NCBI RefSeq assembly: GCF_024320785.1
Contig: NZ_JANDBC010000001.1
Span: 737,309-769,308, forward strand
DNA: 32,000 nt
Reading direction: 5' to 3'
Source of the DNA: Gracilimonas sediminicola
GTDB taxonomy: Bacteria > Bacteroidota > Rhodothermia > Balneolales > Balneolaceae
Shown: positions 29,537 through 32,000 of the stretch, piece after piece
Layout: each line of letters starts with the position of its first letter
How positions within the stretch are numbered: position 1 is the stretch's first letter
The notes under the pieces: model-generated
Seen by the model: only the letters and a program-made list of their open reading frames with translations
The model's database searches: none
Told to the model about the DNA's origin: nothing
Translations under genes and position numbers: made by a program

Positions 29537-29577
29537 TCAGCTTTCAGTTTTCTTCAGAGACAAAAACTGAAAGCTGA
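29537..29577. repeat. Perfect 15-bp inverted repeat with 11-nt spacer
   Basis: TCAGCTTTCAGTTTT (29537-29551) / AAAACTGAAAGCTGA (29563-29577). Confidence 0.9.
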
Positions 29578-29611
29578 ATGGCGAAAGCATACAACAAAAA
29601 AATCAAACTTT

Positions 29612-30034
29612 ATGAAAAAGCGAGTAACCGGAATTGGTGGCGTATTTTTGAAAGCTAAAGATCCCGATGCCACGAGAGATTGGTACCGGAATCATCTGGG
29701 TATCGAAAGCGGAAAGTATGGCGGTACTTTTGAGTGGCGGCATGCCGAAGATCCTGATAAGAGGGGCTACACCGCCTGGAGTATGTTTGATGAAAACACC
29801 GAATACACCAATCCCAGCAAAAAAGACGCAATGGTTAATTACCGGGTAGAAAACCTGGAAGAACTGCTTATGGTTCTTGAAGAGGAAGGCGTAGAAATTG
29901 TCGGTGAAATGGAAGTTTACGAATACGGCAAGTTCGGCTGGATTATGGATCCCAATGGCTACAAAATCGAACTTTGGGAACCGAATGATGAAGAGTATGA
30001 GAAAATTAAGGGCGAGACTAATTTGTCCAGCTAA
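29612..30034 (+). CDS. VOC-family protein
   Basis: Likely ATG at 29612 (MKKRVTGIGGVFLKAKDPDATRDWYRNHLGIE ... FGWIMDPNGYKIELWEP); the longer listed ORF start (29474) reads through the inverted repeat and the previous gene's end. Confidence 0.85.
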   Translation: MKKRVTGIGGVFLKAKDPDATRDWYRNHLGIESGKYGGTFEWRHAEDPDKRGYTAWSMFDENTEYTNPSKKDAMVNYRVENLEELLMVLEEEGVEIVGEMEVYEYGKFGWIMDPNGYKIELWEPNDEEYEKIKGETNLSS

Positions 30035-30062
30035 GCTGAAATTCAAAATTAAGAATTGAAAG

Positions 30063-30103
30063 TTAAAAATTGGGTGGTCAAGAACTCCCAACCCAATTTT
30101 TAA
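30063..30103. terminator. Probable bidirectional terminator hairpin between convergent genes
   Basis: TTAAAAATTGGGT (30063-30075) / ACCCAATTTTTAA (30091-30103), perfect 13-bp arms with A/T tract on both sides; an outer AAAATTAAG/CTTAATTTT pair (30045-30053 / 30106-30114) adds a second arm. Confidence 0.7.
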
Positions 30104-30120
30104 TACTTAATTTTAAATTT

Positions 30121-32000
30121 TCAATCCTCTTCCGCCCAGGCTTCTACATCATCCAGTACTTCGGCAAAGTCGATGCCATCTTTTGCTTTGTTGATAGTGG
30201 CCTCGTAATGAACCGGGCCTTCTTCTTCACGGCTGATTAACTTCGTGGCCAGTTTATTGGTGATATTCTGTTGAATCACCCGCTTCAGCGGACGCGCTCC
30301 GTACACAGGGTCATACCCCCGAACAGCCAGCCAGTCTTTAACGGTATCAGATACATCAAGGGTCACTTCACTCTTCCGGAGCATTTCGTGCACTCTTCGA
30401 AGCTGAATATCCACAATGGCGCGGATGTGCTCCTGACCCAGCGGATGGAACACAATGGTATCGTCCACACGGTTCAGAAACTCCGGCCGGATGGTTTGCT
30501 TCAACTGCTCTATCAGTTTGTTTTGAAGTTCTTCGTATTTCTCATCACTCATATCACCACCGGTTTTCTCGATCTCGTTGGAAATCAGGTGCGAACCGAT
30601 ATTCGACGTCATAATGATGATGGTATTTTTGAAATCCACCGTAACACCTTTATTGTCAGTCAGGCGGCCTTCATCCAGCACCTGCAGCAGAATGTTGAAT
30701 ACATCCGGATGTGCTTTTTCGATTTCGTCGAGCAGAATTACCGAATAGGGATGTCGACGTGCAGCCTCCGTAAGCTGTCCGCCCTCATCGTAGCCTACAT
30801 AGCCCGGAGGAGCTCCTACCAACCGGCTTACGCTGTGCTTCTCCATGTACTCACTCATATCGATGCGAATCATGGCATTTTCATCATTGAACAGAAAATC
30901 AGCTAGCGAACGGGCAAGTTCTGTTTTACCCACACCGGTTGATCCGAGAAAGAAGAAGGAGCCAATCGGTTTCTGCTCATCCTGCAGTCCGGCCCGTGAA
31001 CGACGAACTGCATGAGATACAGCTTCAATTGCTTTATCCTGGCCGATTACCCGCTTATGTAGTTCTTCTTCCAACTGCAGCAGTTTCTTACGTTCACTTT
31101 GCAGCATCTTCCGAACCGGAATTCCGGTCCAGCGTGCTACAATATCGGCGATGTCTTCCGCATCCACCTCCTCTTTCAGCAAAGACTGATTTTCCTGCAT
31201 GTCATCCAGTTTCTTTTGCGACTCCTGCAGTTCATTTTCAAGCTGGGTGATTGTGCCATAGCGTAATTCGGCTACTTTTTCGTAGTTCCCCTGTCGCTCG
31301 GCTTTATCGGCTTCGTTTCGGGCCGTGTCAATGGCTTGCTTCAGCTCTCTCACCCTTTGGATCAGTTCGCGTTCCTGCTCCCATTGCACCCGCATCGATT
31401 TTCGATCTTCTTCGAGGTCGGCGAGCTCTTTCTCAATCCCTTTCATTTTGGATTGATCTTTTTCCCGTTTTAATGCCTCACGCTCAATTTCCAACTGCCG
31501 GATTTGACGTTCCAGCGCATCCAGTTCTTCCGGAAGTGAATCGATTTGCAGGCGTAACCGGGAGGCGGCTTCATCAATCAGGTCAATAGCTTTATCAGGT
31601 AGGAAACGGTCTCCGATGTAACGGTGTGAAAGCTCTGCTGCAGCTACCACGGCCGAGTCGGTTATCCGAACACCGTGGTGTACTTCATAGCGCTCCTGCA
31701 ATCCGCGGAGAATCGAAACGGTATCTTCCACAGAAGGTTCGCCTACCAACACAGTTTGCAGTCGACGTTCCAGCGCTTTGTCTTTCTCAATATACTTGCG
31801 GTATTCATCAAGCGTAGTGGCCCCGATAGCGTGCAGTTCGCCCCGGGCAAGCGCCGGTTTCAGAATGTTGGCCGCATCCATAGCGCCCTCGGTGGCCCCG
31901 GCTCCAACCAGTGTGTGAATTTCGTCAATGAAGAGAATGATTTCACCGTCAGAATCCGATACGTCTTTCACTACCGCTTTCAGTCGTTCTTCAAACTCGC
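30121..32000 (-). CDS. clpB: ClpB-type AAA+ disaggregase (N-terminal part beyond window)
   Basis: [117 protein letters not shown]; frame open to the window end. Confidence 0.98.
   Translation of the reverse strand, partial: EFEERLKAVVKDVSDSDGEIILFIDEIHTLVGAGATEGAMDAANILKPALARGELHAIGATTLDEYRKYIEKDKALERRLQTVLVGEPSVEDTVSILRGLQERYEVHHGVRITDSAVVAAAELSHRYIGDRFLPDKAIDLIDEAASRLRLQIDSLPEELDALERQIRQLEIEREALKREKDQSKMKGIEKELADLEEDRKSMRVQWEQERELIQRVRELKQAIDTARNEADKAERQGNYEKVAELRYGTITQLENELQESQKKLDDMQENQSLLKEEVDAEDIADIVARWTGIPVRKMLQSERKKLLQLEEELHKRVIGQDKAIEAVSHAVRRSRAGLQDEQKPIGSFFFLGSTGVGKTELARSLADFLFNDENAMIRIDMSEYMEKHSVSRLVGAPPGYVGYDEGGQLTEAARRHPYSVILLDEIEKAHPDVFNILLQVLDEGRLTDNKGVTVDFKNTIIIMTSNIGSHLISNEIEKTGGDMSDEKYEELQNKLIEQLKQTIRPEFLNRVDDTIVFHPLGQEHIRAIVDIQLRRVHEMLRKSEVTLDVSDTVKDWLAVRGYDPVYGARPLKRVIQQNITNKLATKLISREEEGPVHYEATINKAKDGIDFAEVLDDVEAWAEED

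Noticed and set aside
29474-29611. N-terminal extension of the second VOC ORF (METRFYLTSITTNKLAF...)
   Set aside because: It translates the previous gene's end and the inverted repeat; the VOC domain begins at the ATG at 29612.
30939-31589. Plus-strand ORFs opposite clpB
   Set aside because: Shadow ORFs, low-complexity Ser/Pro/Arg-rich translations typical of reversed coding sequence.
1-32000. CRISPR arrays, tRNA/rRNA genes, transposases, integrases
   Set aside because: Looked for spaced direct repeats and recognisable gene motifs; none seen by eye.

Overview
This window looks like an ordinary chromosomal segment from a Bacteroidota/Balneolota-type bacterium. That placement is inferred from type IX secretion (T9SS) components, AT-rich ribosome-binding regions and family content; no taxonomic search was run. 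From left to right it contains: (1) a tightly packed plus-strand cluster with a 5'-truncated gingipain-like C25 protein (PorU-like), a PorV-like outer-membrane protein, an M6-family protease-like protein whose HExxH motif reads CASIGSH, an HEYTH-containing propeller/barrel protein, a DUF5683-like protein, a three-PASTA membrane protein, and rpe; (2) phoH, which has no ATG/GTG/TTG in frame before its conserved N-terminal region; (3) a four-helix-bundle (S23/IVS) protein, an MBL-fold hydrolase and a purine nucleoside phosphorylase; (4) an accessory-looking block with a minus-strand DUF4384-like secreted protein facing a plus-strand run of two paralogous small lipoproteins and a translationally coupled caspase-fold lipoprotein with an EF-hand-like loop; (5) metabolic and housekeeping genes (acyl-CoA carboxylase beta, ABC ATPase, M29 aminopeptidase, membrane-anchored LuxR-type protein, pckA, DUF4199, DUF1801, two VOC proteins, clpB running off the end). 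I saw no tRNA, rRNA, CRISPR array, transposase or phage gene. The most interesting signals are the lipoprotein-caspase block, the apparently catalytically dead M6 homologue inside the T9SS cluster, the phoH start anomaly and several intergenic inverted repeats.
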